Shown: positions 1-13,727 of the stretch, piece after piece
Position numbering within the stretch: position 1 is the first letter of the stretch
How the letters are laid out: each line of letters begins with the position of its first letter
Assembly: GCF_036588685.1 (NCBI RefSeq)
Contig: NC_086386.1
Span: 18,166,001-18,230,000 of the forward strand
Direction: 5' to 3'
Length of the DNA stretch: 64,000 nt
Origin: Mytilus trossulus
Lineage: Eukaryota
Notes under the pieces: generated by a model
Told to the model about the DNA's origin: nothing
What the model saw: the letters and a program-made list of their open reading frames with translations, nothing else
Database searches by the model: none
Translations under genes and position numbers: made by a program

Positions 1-439
1 TTTTTTTTTCTTTCGTATGTTTATTATTATTATAAACTTTTTGTCGCATTTTTCTAATGAACTATAAATCAGAGATTCCTGAAATTTGAAAGTAAGCTTC
101 TTGTGGTAATACTTTACCACAGTATGCACCAGTGGCGGATCCAAGAGGAGTACGCGGGTTGCAACCCCATTATTTTGGACGACCAATGCGTTTGAATGGG
201 GACATAAGGTTAGAACCCCCTTTTAAAAATGTATCCGCCCTTGTGCATGTTCACGTTTATCACTCATTAAATTTTATTTTAACCTAACACATAGCATCTC
301 ACCATTAAACTTGTTTTAATTTTATTTGTGTACAGAGTTATGGTTTTATCTTCCCTTTGTTTACATATACCATCGAATATCATACAAATAACCAAAATGT
401 ATTTGAAATCGCAGGGTTATTTCTTAATGGAAAACATAC

Positions 440-2642
440 CAGCAGCAAGTCTCTAAGAAATATAAATGCTTCTGACTCTTCTGGATACAATCCCATTACT
501 ACTGGCAATGCTTCGTGCCATTGTATGTCAAACAAACCATCATACATATCTCCTATTCTTGTAGGTCGTATTGGGTTACTAGTACCAAGTTCAATGTATT
601 GTCCGTGGTGTTGTTTTCTACTCGACCTTAATATGTTAATATAAAAAGGCTTTATAGTTACGTCACATTTGATGACTAGGTAGACTCAAATGAGCCAATA
701 TTATAATGCTGTGATTCCATTTATATGTTACATACGTGATATCTTAAAGCACAATGTAATTGAAATAATATTCTATGCACTTCAGACTATTTCATATGCT
801 ATGCATATTCTCGCTGTTTTGAAGACCTATTGATGGATTTCGGCGGTTTTCTACTTTTTGGTCGGATTGTTGTCTCTTGGACGCATTCCCCATTTCCATT
901 GGCGCATTCCCCATTCTCAATTGTATTCACTGAATATTCTTTAATGTACAGCTATATATTTGACCTAACATGCAAAAACAAAAAACACAAAATAAACTTT
1001 CGTCTTATTCTATATGGAATATAAGAACTAAAACTTGTGATTTCATTTTCATTTAGACAACTCTGCGTTTTGATAACTTGAAAGAAGCGAATACTACCTA
1101 GAATTTAACTCATCGAGCTCTAGCTTCTGGAGCCTCATTTTTCTCCTCATGTCTTCATAGTCTTCTAATGGTATAGTGACCGTGTCTGGTAACTCACAAA
1201 ACCGAGACCGTTTCTTTTCATCCAGCTGAAAAATAATTATCTTAGTCGATTTGTATTTATAAATTTAAAGTACTTTTTATAGTAATTATAATAATAGTAG
1301 TAGTACTAATGATGTGCAAAAATATCATATTATGGAATTTATTTTTTTACATTATTTTAACTAATTAAATATTTAATTTAGACCAAAAATACAAAATGAC
1401 CAGTAGATAAGGGGTAAACGATACAATATTTTTTTTACTAAAAATCATGAGGCATCAATCCAGTAAACTCCCCCTTGCAACCAAAGTTCAGAACACTTCA
1501 AACTCATGAAACATAAAGTGTACAGAAGATACAGTAAACCGACCGGAAAACAAGATTTGTTATTGAGGAAAAATAACAGTATAACCTGTTTTGCTGAAAT
1601 AATATCAAATGCTTCCTTTACTACCAGGAGTCGACACAGCTCGTCTTGTGCTTCTTTCTGTACAGGAACACCGTTTCTATCTGTGGTTAACATTTCATAC
1701 AAAACATTGGCATGTTTCTGCAAAGGAGCTAATGCTTCAATCCTGTCCACGTCCTGCTTATCTATAGCTAGGAATTCCTAGATGAAAATAAATATTAAGT
1801 ACTAAATGCTAATATAAAACAGTACTAAATAAATTGTTTTGAAATATTGTGTAGACACATGTTCATAATTATGCTTTGTTGAAGACATTTGCAGATTTCT
1901 AGACGTCTTGTTTAGCTAGTTGCTGTTGCATAATGCCATTGGTGTAACCAACGATTTTTTTTGTGTATTGATAAAATTCTATCGCTTGCTTATGTTGCAT
2001 CAAGATAAATGATTAAACTATTCTATATAATACATTAATTAATGAGTACTAGTAATCATTGTTGCAAAGTATTATAACCTACGTCATAAAAAATTCTATC
2101 TGACATTTATAGTAAAAAAAAGTGCAGATATCTGAACGACTAATTTTATAGTTTTATTACATCACATATATAACAACAACTAACTTTTCCTGGGTATACT
2201 TGAAATCGCTGATCCGCTGCCAGTAGTCCTTCATACTCCCCCTTGGCCTGCTTGATTTTGTCAATAGTATATGCATCTTTGACTTGTCGGAGTAGTCTAA
2301 TGATTGCCGACCGCTTTGATTTTGAAGATGCACTACTGGCACTTTTCTGGAATCAAGGAGAACAAGTTCATTAAATGCATTTGACACACAGTTATGACAA
2401 TTACACAAACTATTATTTTGTCTTTAATAGTGTATGATAGTGCTATTGAACATTCTGTATTAATATGGTAAAACAATTTATCTGTAACTGACCCCATCTA
2501 ACTGACACATTGTAAAGGTAAACATTTTGCTGTAAACGATTTTCAATTCCGCATTCTACATAAAAATTCTAAAATTTCATAGGATATCCGCTTTTTGCAT
2601 TTAATTTAAATTTAAACTACAAACCTGATGTCGAAGTGCCAT
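440..2642 (-). CDS. Mieap/SPATA18-domain-like coiled-coil protein A (5' part; continues beyond window start)
   Basis: Exons 2642-2625 (MALRHQ), 2346-2185 (KSASSASSKSKRSAIIRLLRQVKDAYTIDKIKQAKGEYEG...), 1777-1586 (EFLAIDKQDVDRIEALAPLQKH...), 1225-1098 (LDEKKRSRF...MRLQKLELDELNS-R), 626-440 (SSRKQHHGQYIELGTSNPIRPTRIGDMYDGLFDIQWHEALPVV...FLRDLLL). All are GT-AG with compatible phases (0,0,0,2,0). The last exon matches the NRPTKxxExYxxLYDxEWxxA motif of gene B. Mostly missed by the ORF track. Confidence 0.75.
808..922 (+). repeat. Abundant interspersed repeat end (...gaagacctattgg...ttgtctctttgacacattccccatttccattctcaattt)
   Basis: Same sequence recurs at ~7110-7250(+), 7760-7855(-), 21400-21503(+), 33100-33220(-) and as the end of the longer copy 33666-34325(+). 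Confidence 0.75.
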
Positions 2643-3204
2643 AACCACAAATAATTCCACCGTTTTTGGCGAAGATTACAATTATCTCCAAAAAAATCCA
2701 GTTTCAAAACTCACGAGTAACAAACCATGACGGAACACTACCATCAAATCATGATAAAATGTCAAATTATTTAAATATTATTGAATGTTATTGTAATAAT
2801 TCTTGTATTGTTAATATTAAACTACAAATTAACAAAAGGCATTCGACATAACTGTGTCTTTATAGTGTACCTTGTTTAGATTGTAATCTGGACCTTTGGT
2901 ATGCTGCAACCAATGTTTCACACAGACAGTCAATCGACTAAAACGTACTCATTGTATTTAACGCATGTGTAAATTTCAATATGTACACAATATTGTCGTT
3001 TTAAACAAAGTTAGAGATTTTTTTTATTGTACAAAAATATTAAATGTGTAGATATTCAACACATATTAATATCCACCAACATGCAATCTAAAGCAGGGAA
3101 CGTCAAATTTCAAAGATTCGCTACGCAGGCTAGGCATATACTAAAGATCTTTTTAAATACTTTCTATTGCCTTTTCAACTTTATTCTATTTGAACCATGC
3201 ACTC

Positions 3205-3730
3205 AGTCTGGGTCGATGCCACATTTGGCAGAGGGTTTTCTCTCCTATGATATCACCATCCAAAGAGTCAGCACTTCTGTGTTGACATGTATTATCATTT
3301 ATAGGGTCATAATTACAAATTTACTGGCCCGAAAACACAATTTTTCGTATTGCATTTCATTTAGACAATAAATTTAATTTCATCTTCCTACGTAATATGT
3401 CATGCATTTAATATATTTAATATCAAGAAATAAATTGGGGAAAGTATTTCAAATTAAAAATCTAAGTTATACACTGTTCAAACTAGGGACTATATTCGTG
3501 TGTCCTTGGACCTACTGTTGAATAAACATTTTTCTAAATACTCAGGATTTTCTAATACAGGAATGGTATTCCTTTATCTGTATTTGGCTGGCAAAACCCT
3601 TTTGAATTTTTGAACTACTTATGTTTTTCAAATTTGTCCTTTTTTTTGCCTATTTAACGTTTTTGATTCGAGCTGACGTGATGAGTCTTTTGAGGGCGTA
3701 ATGTACAGATCAAATTTTGATTGGCGTCAA
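3205..3730 (+). mobile_element. Decayed retrozyme-like repeat with remnant hammerhead core
   Basis: Ends in ttttgattcgagc..gtgatgagtcttttg, homologous to the hammerhead-bearing repeats at 15285-15355 and 22630-22720. Body recognised from memory as a Mytilus-type retrozyme repeat, interrupted at ~3350-3525. Confidence 0.5.
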
Positions 3731-4970
3731 TGACCAGCAATTTGTCAATAGAAGAGTTCACATGTCTTGTACATGTATACATGCTGGACAAAAAGTTTTC
3801 AGAATAATAAATACGACACTCTAATCGTCATCTAGCTCGTGTCATAGAATAGAATTGCAGTTGTGAATTCTAGAGATGATAGGCTGATTGAACAGGCAAT
3901 AAACTGGATTGGATTTATGTTTATAATGTTTCTGCACATTTATTTCTCATCAAAAATAGGTGTACGGGTAATTTCAGTACGTGGAGGATTTTGATTTGTA
4001 CATGCCGAAGAAGAAAATAAAAACAACAAATGATTGTACAAGGATGGTGTTAAGTTGTCTCACAGACGAATTTCTTTTAAGTATGACGCCACAAGGACTC
4101 TTTCTATAATTCATCCAAGTCAATAGAATTTCCATTTTTTTTAATTAAAAAACCGCTATAAATTAAAAAAAATCTGTTCAAGGTCGAAGGTCAAGGCCAT
4201 AATTGACCATTACCTTCAAGTAGACATAATTATGTTCCCGTAGTCATTGCTGAAGATCCCTTTTGTCTTTCACTAACTGTTCTGAATTTATCATCATTTG
4301 AAAATTAAAAAAAAAAAAAATGCCATAGGGTTCTATAGTCAATCCTTCCTTTCTTCCCTCCCCCCCCCCCCCCCCCCCGCCAAAAAAATACCTCTTCATG
4401 TATCCCAATGCAAAAACAAAACCACGACGGTCCAACAAGAGGTCAGACATACTATGGAACCCTGGGTAAATCTGACAAACGGTTTTGGAGAAGTTCTGTG
4501 GACAAGTTCATAGAAGAAAACCTAACATAATTTCCCGTTTATCATTTTCAATTTGTTGTGTCCTGTAAACTGAATATACTGTTGGCACGTAGTATTGTTT
4601 GTTAAATAGATGTTGTTGTTTTTTTAAGGGAGACGGTTTTATAAAAGTTTTTCCAAACTTGTTTCCGAATCCCATACTTGACCTTTATGAAACATTGTAA
4701 TAATTATCTTGTAATTTGTTGTGCCCTGTGGAAAATATTTCATGAATATCCGGAATATACCAAATACTCTGTACAAAAAGTCAAATGGTTGCTTTGTTTT
4801 ACAAATTTAAAAAAAAATGCTAGATTTTTCCATAACTGAACACGTTGGCTTAAATTTGTTATTTTAATGTCTAAGTGGTAATACAATCAATGTGTTCAAC
4901 ATCCGTCATCTTTCTCAATATAACACCTTAAACAATAATTGTAAAACGCATATTAAAAAGATCAGCTTCT

Positions 4971-7900
4971 CTACAAAAAGTCAAAGAATGATTTGTATGT
5001 AGAACCAGTGGTCGATTCCTTAGCTTCAACCATAAGTTCAGTTTCTCCAAAAATCATTTTCACGTCAACTTTGAGTTTTTCGTCCACTTCCGGTAGCTGA
5101 ATGACAACCTTTCCCAAATACTCGCATCCTTTATCTGTGACATATTTAGGATTACTATCTTCAGTTGCAAATATCTTTAAAAGCATTTCTTTTTGGCGTT
5201 TCTTTATTGTGACATGACGGCCACTAACAGCTTCGCCAACTTTTAGTGTTTGGTCGGCTTCTATGTATTTCTTGAAAACGTCTTTTACTCTGTCTGTACC
5301 TTCAATGCTAACACGCCTTTCTGGTGAATGTTCACCGGATTTAAATGGCGGAGAAATGTTTATTCCATATGTATATCTCGATATTCTGACGGAAATTGTT
5401 TGTGGTTGATGCCCATACATAACGGCACCTTTCAACACAGCTAAACCAGCTTCATCTGGAACGACGACTTTCTTGCCCGGAAACGCATCTTTAATTGCCG
5501 ACTGCATTATGGGAGACTCGGAAAAACCTCCGACCATTAATATCGTGCTTACATCTTTTAAAGGGCCTTTAGTCATTAAAGCCTTCACGTGGTTTACCAA
5601 ATTGGTCTTTGGATCATTGAACAATGCACGGAAAAGATTGGCCTCCATTCGTAACTTGTCTCCGACCCAAGTCATTTTGCCTGCGTATGCCATCTGTTTT
5701 ATAACTTCTTTGATTTCCTCTCCCGTTTCTTTTTCAAATGATTGAATTAGTGAAACAGGGACTTTTAACGTGACTTTTCCTTCGGTTTCGTTTGTAATGT
5801 TTCTTTTCTTTGTTTCCATCTCCCTCAAGATATCTAATGCATCAGCTTTGTTTTTCTCTTGAAAAATTCTAAAATGATGTCCACCAACAATTTTAATAAG
5901 AAGCTGATTAAAAGCTTCATCTACACGCGTACCACCCCACGAACCCCCACTTGGTTTCTGTAACTCTCGGAGGCTACCCTCGGCATCCTTCTGATGACAT
6001 GTTATATCAGCTGTTCCACCTGAAATCATATTTTCTACATGTCAGTTTTATAAAGTATATATAAAAATAAGGAGAGATGCGATATGATCGTCAATAAATC
6101 TCTCCACCTATAAATTTCGTAAGAGGTTAGCAACTGTAGGTTACCGTACAGTCTTTAAGCTCATAACAGATAGCAAGCTATAAAATACCGTATAAACTAC
6201 CGTATACTGCCCACCCATCTTTAAACTACAATAAAGTATAGTTTGCATCAATTATTTCGATTCTGAATAAGAGTTATATTGTATGTTCTATATATCGTCG
6301 GAATAATTAGCATAATATTTGTACCAGCCTAGATACAGTTTTTTCGACAAAAATTACGATTTATTATATTAAAATACTTTACTAGAATTCGTTTGACGTA
6401 CCATAGTTAATTGTTATCTTCGCTATTTTATGTGGGTTTCTTTTTTGGGGGGGGGAGGGGGGGAACAGGTCTGAATAAATTGTTCCCGTTCAAAAAATGA
6501 TTCTGATAGTTCCTAAAGTAAAGCCAATATAAAGAAGACAGAACATGTATGTTTAACTTTAATCTAACATACCTCCCAAGTCAAGAACCATGTATTTAGC
6601 CCCTCTTCCGGATGCTGTAAATTCATTGCCTATACCGTCCTTATCTTTAAGTTTTTCTATTGGTAAATGTTGACAATATAAGGATGCTGCTTCGGGTTCC
6701 AAACATATGCTAAGCTGTTCTCCACTAATACCAGCCTAAATTAACAAATGGCAATAATAAAGATTATTTAGTTTGGTGTTGGACAAATATCTGATGCACG
6801 TTCTTAGAATATATTTAAAATAGATAATCAATTATTATTAACGTTTAGGTCAACTTGTTTCGCCAACGTCAGTATATATGTTTTCTTCGGACACTAAAGC
6901 ACTCTTTGCCAATTAAAGAAATGAAGTCATTTAACCAACACAGATTACATTACAAGCTCCCTGGTGGTGCCGTGCTGTCATTTGTAACAATACCGATGGC
7001 TAATAACGAGTTGACAAAAGGATCCCTCATATTTTATCCCGAGTAGTTTTAATTCACATTGATTCAAGGATAAAATCAAAATATACCCTTGAAAACATAT
7101 ACATTTTTGTTAAGGGGCCAGCTGAAGGACGTCTCCGGGTGCGGGAATTTCTCGCTACATCGAAGACCTATTGGTGACCTTCTGCTGTTGTGTTTTTTCT
7201 TTGGTCGGGTTGTTGTCTCTTTGACACATTCCCCATTTCCATTCTCAATTTCACATTGTACCATCATTGACGCCATGCATCAACAAGGAAGAGAGGGATT
7301 GTTTTTAAACATGCTTAAGATCTCATACTTATCTTCCAATTAAAGTTTGAAAAAAATATACCATAAATTAATAATGACATGAAATTTGATAATTTTGATG
7401 TCTTACTTAGCAACAAATAGTTATAAGACCTGAATTAAATTAAAAAAAGCAAGCATAATTTCAGTCAAGTTAGATTTAAATTGGCGAGGTATGATAGTAT
7501 AGAAGATATAAAAAGTATATCCCAGAAATCCTATTAGTATTAGATCTATCTATAAATAAAACGAGGATGTTCAAGTTGTCGCTAGTTTAAATTAAAAAGT
7601 TGCCTTTTCATTCTTTTTATTTTCAAAGAACAAGGCAATTGAAAATGACCAATCATTATCAAAGTTTAAACGTTCTGGTAATGTTTTTCACTTAAAAGTG
7701 GGGAAATGTCCACATATGATCATCAAAACGTTTTGCTGCTTATATTTGTCAGTTTGAATAAAATTGAGAATGGAAATGGGGAATGTGTCAAAGAGACAAC
7801 AGCCCGACCGTAGAAACAGCAGAAGGTCACCAACAGGTCTTCAATGTAGCGAGAAATGAATTCCACTTTTATTTTGAATCTTATTTGTAGTTTTCCCATT

Positions 7901-9913
7901 GACGATCATATCGTATTCCATAATTTTATATGTAGAAAGGCGCCAATACAAATATTGACAACTTTCTTGTGTAGCCATGGCGTTGTTAGTTTATTTTTGA
8001 CTCATGAGTTAGAATGCTCCTCTTGTACATGTATCTTTCGCCTCTCGTTTGAACCGTTTGCTAAGTCAGCTAAATAAGTTTGAAAAGAGCACTTCCATTT
8101 ACTAGTTGGGATATCTAAATTATTTTTTTTGTCATTTTTTTGTGTTCATTTCCGTCAACAAATCAATAACAGTTACAGAAGTGGGTTTTCACATGGATGA
8201 ATATGAAATACATTGATTAAAATAAATAGCCCCAAATACGATGATCTCTTGATTAGTAAAAATAAGTTGGTAAACAAAACCCCATCAGTTTACAATTTCA
8301 CTGCACCTTTTCTGCGGCTTCTCTCATAAACTGTTTAGCAGGCTCTGTCCAAATAGCTGGGACTGTTAACACCCAATGAATGTCGTTATTATCTAGTCCA
8401 GTTCCTCGTGTTTCCAGGGTTTCTAACAAATGACCCTTCAGATATCTTATAACCATGGAGAATATTTCTAGAGCTGGCATTTCTTTACCATTATCGTCTT
8501 TGATCATCGTTTTTCGTGTAAGATGCTTTAAAATAAATTGATGAATAACGCACGTCAAATTTACGAAATGGATAATCTGACAGTTGATAATCGCTTTAAA
8601 CGAAACAATCTGATTGAAATACAAAACATTTATTAGCCAATCACGGCGACAAACATGAGCAGAATAATCACAATATAATTTTCAAACATTATATAAAGCA
8701 AATTAAAGATAGGTTAAAAATACAGATTCTCAGTCCAATCTTTGCTTTCAAGGATCTCACAACACTTCGTTTAAATTTTTGTGGGAGTAATTACTTCATC
8801 AGCCAATACAATTATAGCTTTCAGATTTGTTGAAGGATCGATGCGGCAAAACCAGACTGAAAGAATCCCGAACGGTCTAAAAATATATAGAACGGAGCTT
8901 TTTCAGATCCTCCAGTGTAAACAAAGCTTGCCAGGGAAAAGATCGGTATTTTAATTACATTGTAAAAGGAGCAAATTAACATAAAAATAACTATATAAAC
9001 TGTCAAGATCATTTCTATGGATAAGATAATATTTGGAGAAAATCTGTCAGAGACAACCCCCCTTATACGTTCAGCAAATTGATATCTTAGAAAAAACAAA
9101 CTTGCGACATTCAGCAATGACATTCCTAGTTGTGAATAAATACATTTATCTTATAATATGTAGTCCAACTTCTCAATAGGCTATCCATTGGTTCATAATA
9201 CCGTGCACAAAGAAGTTGCAATTAACGAGGATAAGAGGAAACAACCTGTTTCAAAGAAAAATCTTTGGATTTTAGAATTTGAAATTTAATATTTAACGGT
9301 TTTAAGACAAATTTTAGGAAGCCGTTTTTCGTCGGTTTTATAAGCTTTCTATAAACATGTTCAGTCTGTTTTAAAAGCATTCAATCAATAACATTTCAAA
9401 TACTAAAAGCGATGGATGCATTATTTATTTTTTATCTTTAGTCATAGTTCTAAGAACTAAAGTTGTATGCCAAATTTTACCAAAAGGCTGAGACATACCC
9501 AATTTACAGTCATTGGCATTAAGCGGCATGTCAGCATATACCTTCCTTGAATATCAAATAAAACATCTTTCAAATTAATGAAAATGCGTTTTTATAATTA
9601 CCTTTGTTTCATGAAGTAACATCTTAAATCTACGAAAGTAATAAAAATCAAGATGTTCTTCGTCTAAAGCAGCCTCCGAGTACTTGTCTTCAGCATCGTA
9701 TCCAAAAGCCAGGAACTTTTTGGATTTATCTAACAGAACAACAGTCGGTGCCTTCAGTGAAATCAAGCTTCTAGAACCGGCTGTCCATTGTTGATTGACG
9801 GAAATTTTCATTGGATCATTTTCATAATCAGTTTTGAAGGAAAAAGCATATCCTGAAAACGTTGTTCCAAAGTCAATTGCTGCCACAAGGATTTTATTTT
9901 TTTTGCTCTGCAT
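4971..9913 (-). CDS. HSPA12: Heat shock 70 kDa protein 12-like (atypical Hsp70), 580 aa
   Basis: Exons 9913-9602, 8525-8307, 6735-6573, 6019-4971 (1743 nt, open frame). Motifs LVAAIDFGTTFSGYAFS, WVLTVPAIW, LEPEAAS, VLDLGGGTADIT, WGGTRVD, LMVGGFSESP, RISRYTYG; ends FFDFL with no EEVD, as typical of HSPA12. Confidence 0.95.
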
Positions 9914-11528
9914 CTTTGATCTTTTTTATTTGTGAATATCTATCTCTTCACTTGTTTGCTCATTTCTGAAGAAAAAAATGTGACAGAAAATGCCATTTGA
10001 TATCGTGTTAGCCAGATTACAAAAAAATACAATGAAATCAATTTAGTGAGCACACTTGTATTGGAAATGACATTCGTGATTTCAGCAGCTAAATCTTTGC
10101 TTAAGAGCTTGGGTTCCATTAGCGGCTACGTTTTATTCAACAGAGGACACCACTGGTAAGATTTGAAAAAAGGAGAGGAAAGGGCGATTCATTGCCTAAA
10201 AAATAGTTCTATGGTCATCAGAAATAAGTTGACTTTATCTTGATAAGATACAACTACTCAAATCTAAAACTATTATGACTATTTTGATTTGGCTTGTTGT
10301 CTTAATTACTGAAAGAGTAATTATCACTCAATAATGATGTATATGGTGTGCTGTGGCAGTTACAGGGGTTGGGGTTGTGGGTTGTGGGTTTTAGTTTACA
10401 ACTCCTCCCTTTTTAACGTTTTGGGTCTCAGTTTAGGCAACTCCTCTCCCTTTCAACGTTTTATTGATGTAAAAAATACATAAAATGTGGGAAATACTTA
10501 CTCTTTCTTTCCTATCCAGATAAAAATAGACGAAAGATGGCAAAGAGATAAAACTGTTACATAACCGCAAATGTCGAAAATAAACCGTCGTATTGTTCAC
10601 GGTTAGCCCATTCCAAATTAATTCCATTCGGTGGTGTCATAACCTGAAGTAGGGGATTGTGGCAACGCAAATTGGGGCATTTATTTTGTCATATATATGA
10701 CTGCTCTGAAGGTACGTGTTAACAACAGAACACCTATCAGAATTTGCGGGATCCACCTCTGACAAAAGTATGATATGAAAGCGTAGTGTAAGGAATATCA
10801 GGATTAATTTTTCATGTGTGTCCCATGTCTTAAAAACTTCAATACATCTTAAAAATATTCAAGTGTTGGCCATGTTTAAAAAAGACCGTGAACAAAGACT
10901 GGATGAGATTCAATCGTATATATACATGTATATATGTCATACATCAACTTTCGATGAAACACAATACATTCAATCAAGCCAATCAATCTAAATATAACTT
11001 TTGAGAATACTGAATTCATGATTGATTTTTTTGTGATACATGATGCATGAAGTTGCTAGTTTCAGTCATGAATTATAAAGAAAGGATGATTCTTAAAATC
11101 ATATGAGGTTACTGGTATCTGTTTGACCGTAATGACAGTTTTTTATATGATCTTAAATATGTACTTTTTGGTTCTATAAAACATGTCATTCTTGTAGGAT
11201 AAACGAAACGAAAATGCATTTTGGGTCGAGCTGAAAATGGTCCTCGTACAGTGAGGATCCAGTGACCTATTCATAATAATCATTTATCACTCAGTTATAG
11301 TCATAAATAAAGCTCAATCACTACTAAAAAAATGTAAATCTAACCTCATAATTTCAATCATCAACACGAGGGATACACTTCCTGGTATAAAAATACGATT
11401 CCAAGTACTACATGTAACAACACAACGTTTCCTAGTCGATCAGTACATATTTTAATAAATTATCATCCACATGGGTTTAAAGGAGTGTTGGTTTTTCGAA
11501 GAGAAAGCAAAAAATACTATACATTTAC

Positions 11529-12034
11529 CTTGTAACACCTAGTCTGTAGTCCACGCATGCGTCTTTCAAGTTTAACTTTCGGTTCTAACGTAAACACAAA
11601 GTAAATGGAATGGGAAATATTTAATGCACTCTGACATCGGATAACAGGTACATACTATTTTTTGCGTTATTTCAATTGTATCTATTTTAAATGAACAAAG
11701 CTATACAGTATTGTTGGTTTTTGTATTCATCTTATTTTAGTGTTTCTGTTCGTTATAAACCTCCCCCTTTTTATAGTTGTGTACAGAAAACCGTTATAAT
11801 TCCTTGAATATTTAAATTTTGTTACTAAATACTCTATTTAATTTAGAGAGACAGAAATTAAGAGAGCTCACTTAATTTGAAAAGTATTTTTTTCTTCTGT
11901 CGAAGTACATCGTTTTGAACAATAAACGGTTTCTAAGTAAGGCTTTCCCGATAATGTTTGTGGAGTGGTTATAAATATTTTATTCAGACACATTATTGTG
12001 TAAATTATTATGTGTTTGCCACAGGTAAGATCAG
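11529..12034. promoter_or_regulatory. Putative divergent promoter with non-coding first exons of HSPA12 (-) and Mieap-like B (+)
   Basis: Both ATG exons begin at splice acceptors (9965 on -, 17136 on +), so upstream exons must exist. Candidate donors face outward: AAG|gtaaat at 11529 (-), and CAG|gtaaga 12024 / CAG|gtaagg 12034 (+). Confidence 0.45.
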
Positions 12035-12905
12035 GTAAGGTACATACGTATTTTACATTGGTTGAATTGAGCGTTATCATGTACTAAGACTATTATACTA
12101 AGCAGAGAAGTCCAAGATATGTATTTATAAACATCTACTGTAAGGAATGCTCATACAAGTAGTGACATGATCATTATAGAATAAAATGGTGTTTACTTTT
12201 TTTTTTCCTAAAACGTTTTTTTAAGTAATCTTCGGAGTCGGCGATAAAGAACAAAGGAAGCTGTGATTTATTTCTTACATGATAGGAACAAAAGTTGTTC
12301 AAAGTTTGCAAAAAATCGATTATTTTAAAAATAAATATCACGTGATTGATCGATTGAAAGGAATTTACTTCGATCCATTTGCATTTTTAAAAAAAACTTC
12401 CTTGTAGAATAAGAACAAAATTTTGAAGTTTGTGCAGGTTTGTCATAATGATTAAATAAGTTTTGCGTTCTACAATGAATGCTAGAAATGTATTCTGGTG
12501 CAACTGCAAAGTTGTGTTAACACTTGGTTAAATATATATATTTACTTAAATGTGCACTTTCGTTTCCTATTTCATTTGTGTATTCGTGTAAGTTATAATT
12601 TTTATTAGTGGTTTTGTTATGAAACAGTAGTATTCCCTTATCTTTGCATTATTGCAACTTAACAACATCTGATACATTTTAGTGTTTTGCCGTTTTTAGC
12701 ATGTTGTATAGCTATGCATCGGTTACTATGAGCATTTTGAAATAGTCGTATAATAGAAAAGAAAAGATATGGGGTGTTCATCCATGACACATAATTAGTT
12801 TATGTACAGTAAAACACAAAAGTGGACAGCGCTCTCATTGCTATTCTTCGTCTCAAAGTCACTGTGAGTTCTTCAACAAATAGTAAAAAAAACAAACCAA
12901 AAAAT

Positions 12906-13194
12906 CCAAGATAGTGTGTCCAAAGTACACGGATGCCCCACTCGCACTCATTTTCCATGTTCAATGGACTATGAAATTGGGGTCAAAAGTCTTATTTGGC
13001 TTTAAAATTAGAAAGATTATATCATAAGCAACAAGTGTACTTTTAATTGGACTTCAGCTTCATCAAAAACTACCTTGACCAAAAACTTTAACCTGAAGCG
13101 GGACGGACGAACGATATGACGAACGAACAGACGGACGGACGCACATACCAGAAAAACAAAATGGCCCTCTACTATCGTAGGTGGGGCATAAAAA
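12906..13194 (-). mobile_element. Short Helentron-type non-autonomous element (HINE)
   Basis: On minus: tttttATGCCCCAC start, (CCGT/CTGT)n microsatellite, matching sub-terminal GTGGGGCAT and 3' hairpin gtgtac-tttg-gacac. Confidence 0.6.
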
Positions 13195-13727
13195 CAAACA
13201 CGCACCTAGCTGTAAGTTTGAAGACGGCCCTTAGCACCGTTTTGAGTGGAATTATTTTCGAAATAACGATCACGCAACATCTGAGAATTGATGAACAAAG
13301 GAATAAAGTAATATCAATCAAATAAATCTGGCAAAAAAATGATCATACTGACGCTTACAACACAAACATTGAGATATATGTATATATGCTTTCTTTCATC
13401 CATATGCAGTACATTCACGCTATAAACAGAAGTAAATCTGCAGTAAATACAACTTCATCGCTTTTTTCTTTTGAGTGAATTTATATATTTCTCGGCCAAA
13501 GATTAGGCCTGACTTTTATTTTACATATATGGGCGTTTTTCAATAAAAGCGTGACTTTCAGACCTAAAAAAAAATGAAAATTAACTTGTCTTAAATTTTA
13601 TTTCAAGAGTTATTTTGAATAGACCTGTTTGTAAACAAACAATCTTAAATATTCTTTAAAATGATATTATTTTCATAATCGATAAAGATAAACAGTACTT
13701 CACATATGAAGGTTCAACTCATGTTAC

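Noticed and set aside
2157-2408. 83-aa minus ORF in the track
   Set aside because: Wrong frame; the real exon 2346-2185 of gene A is read in another frame.
4350-4380. Poly-C run and overlapping Gly/Pro-rich ORFs
   Set aside because: Homopolymer artefact with no splice or homology support.
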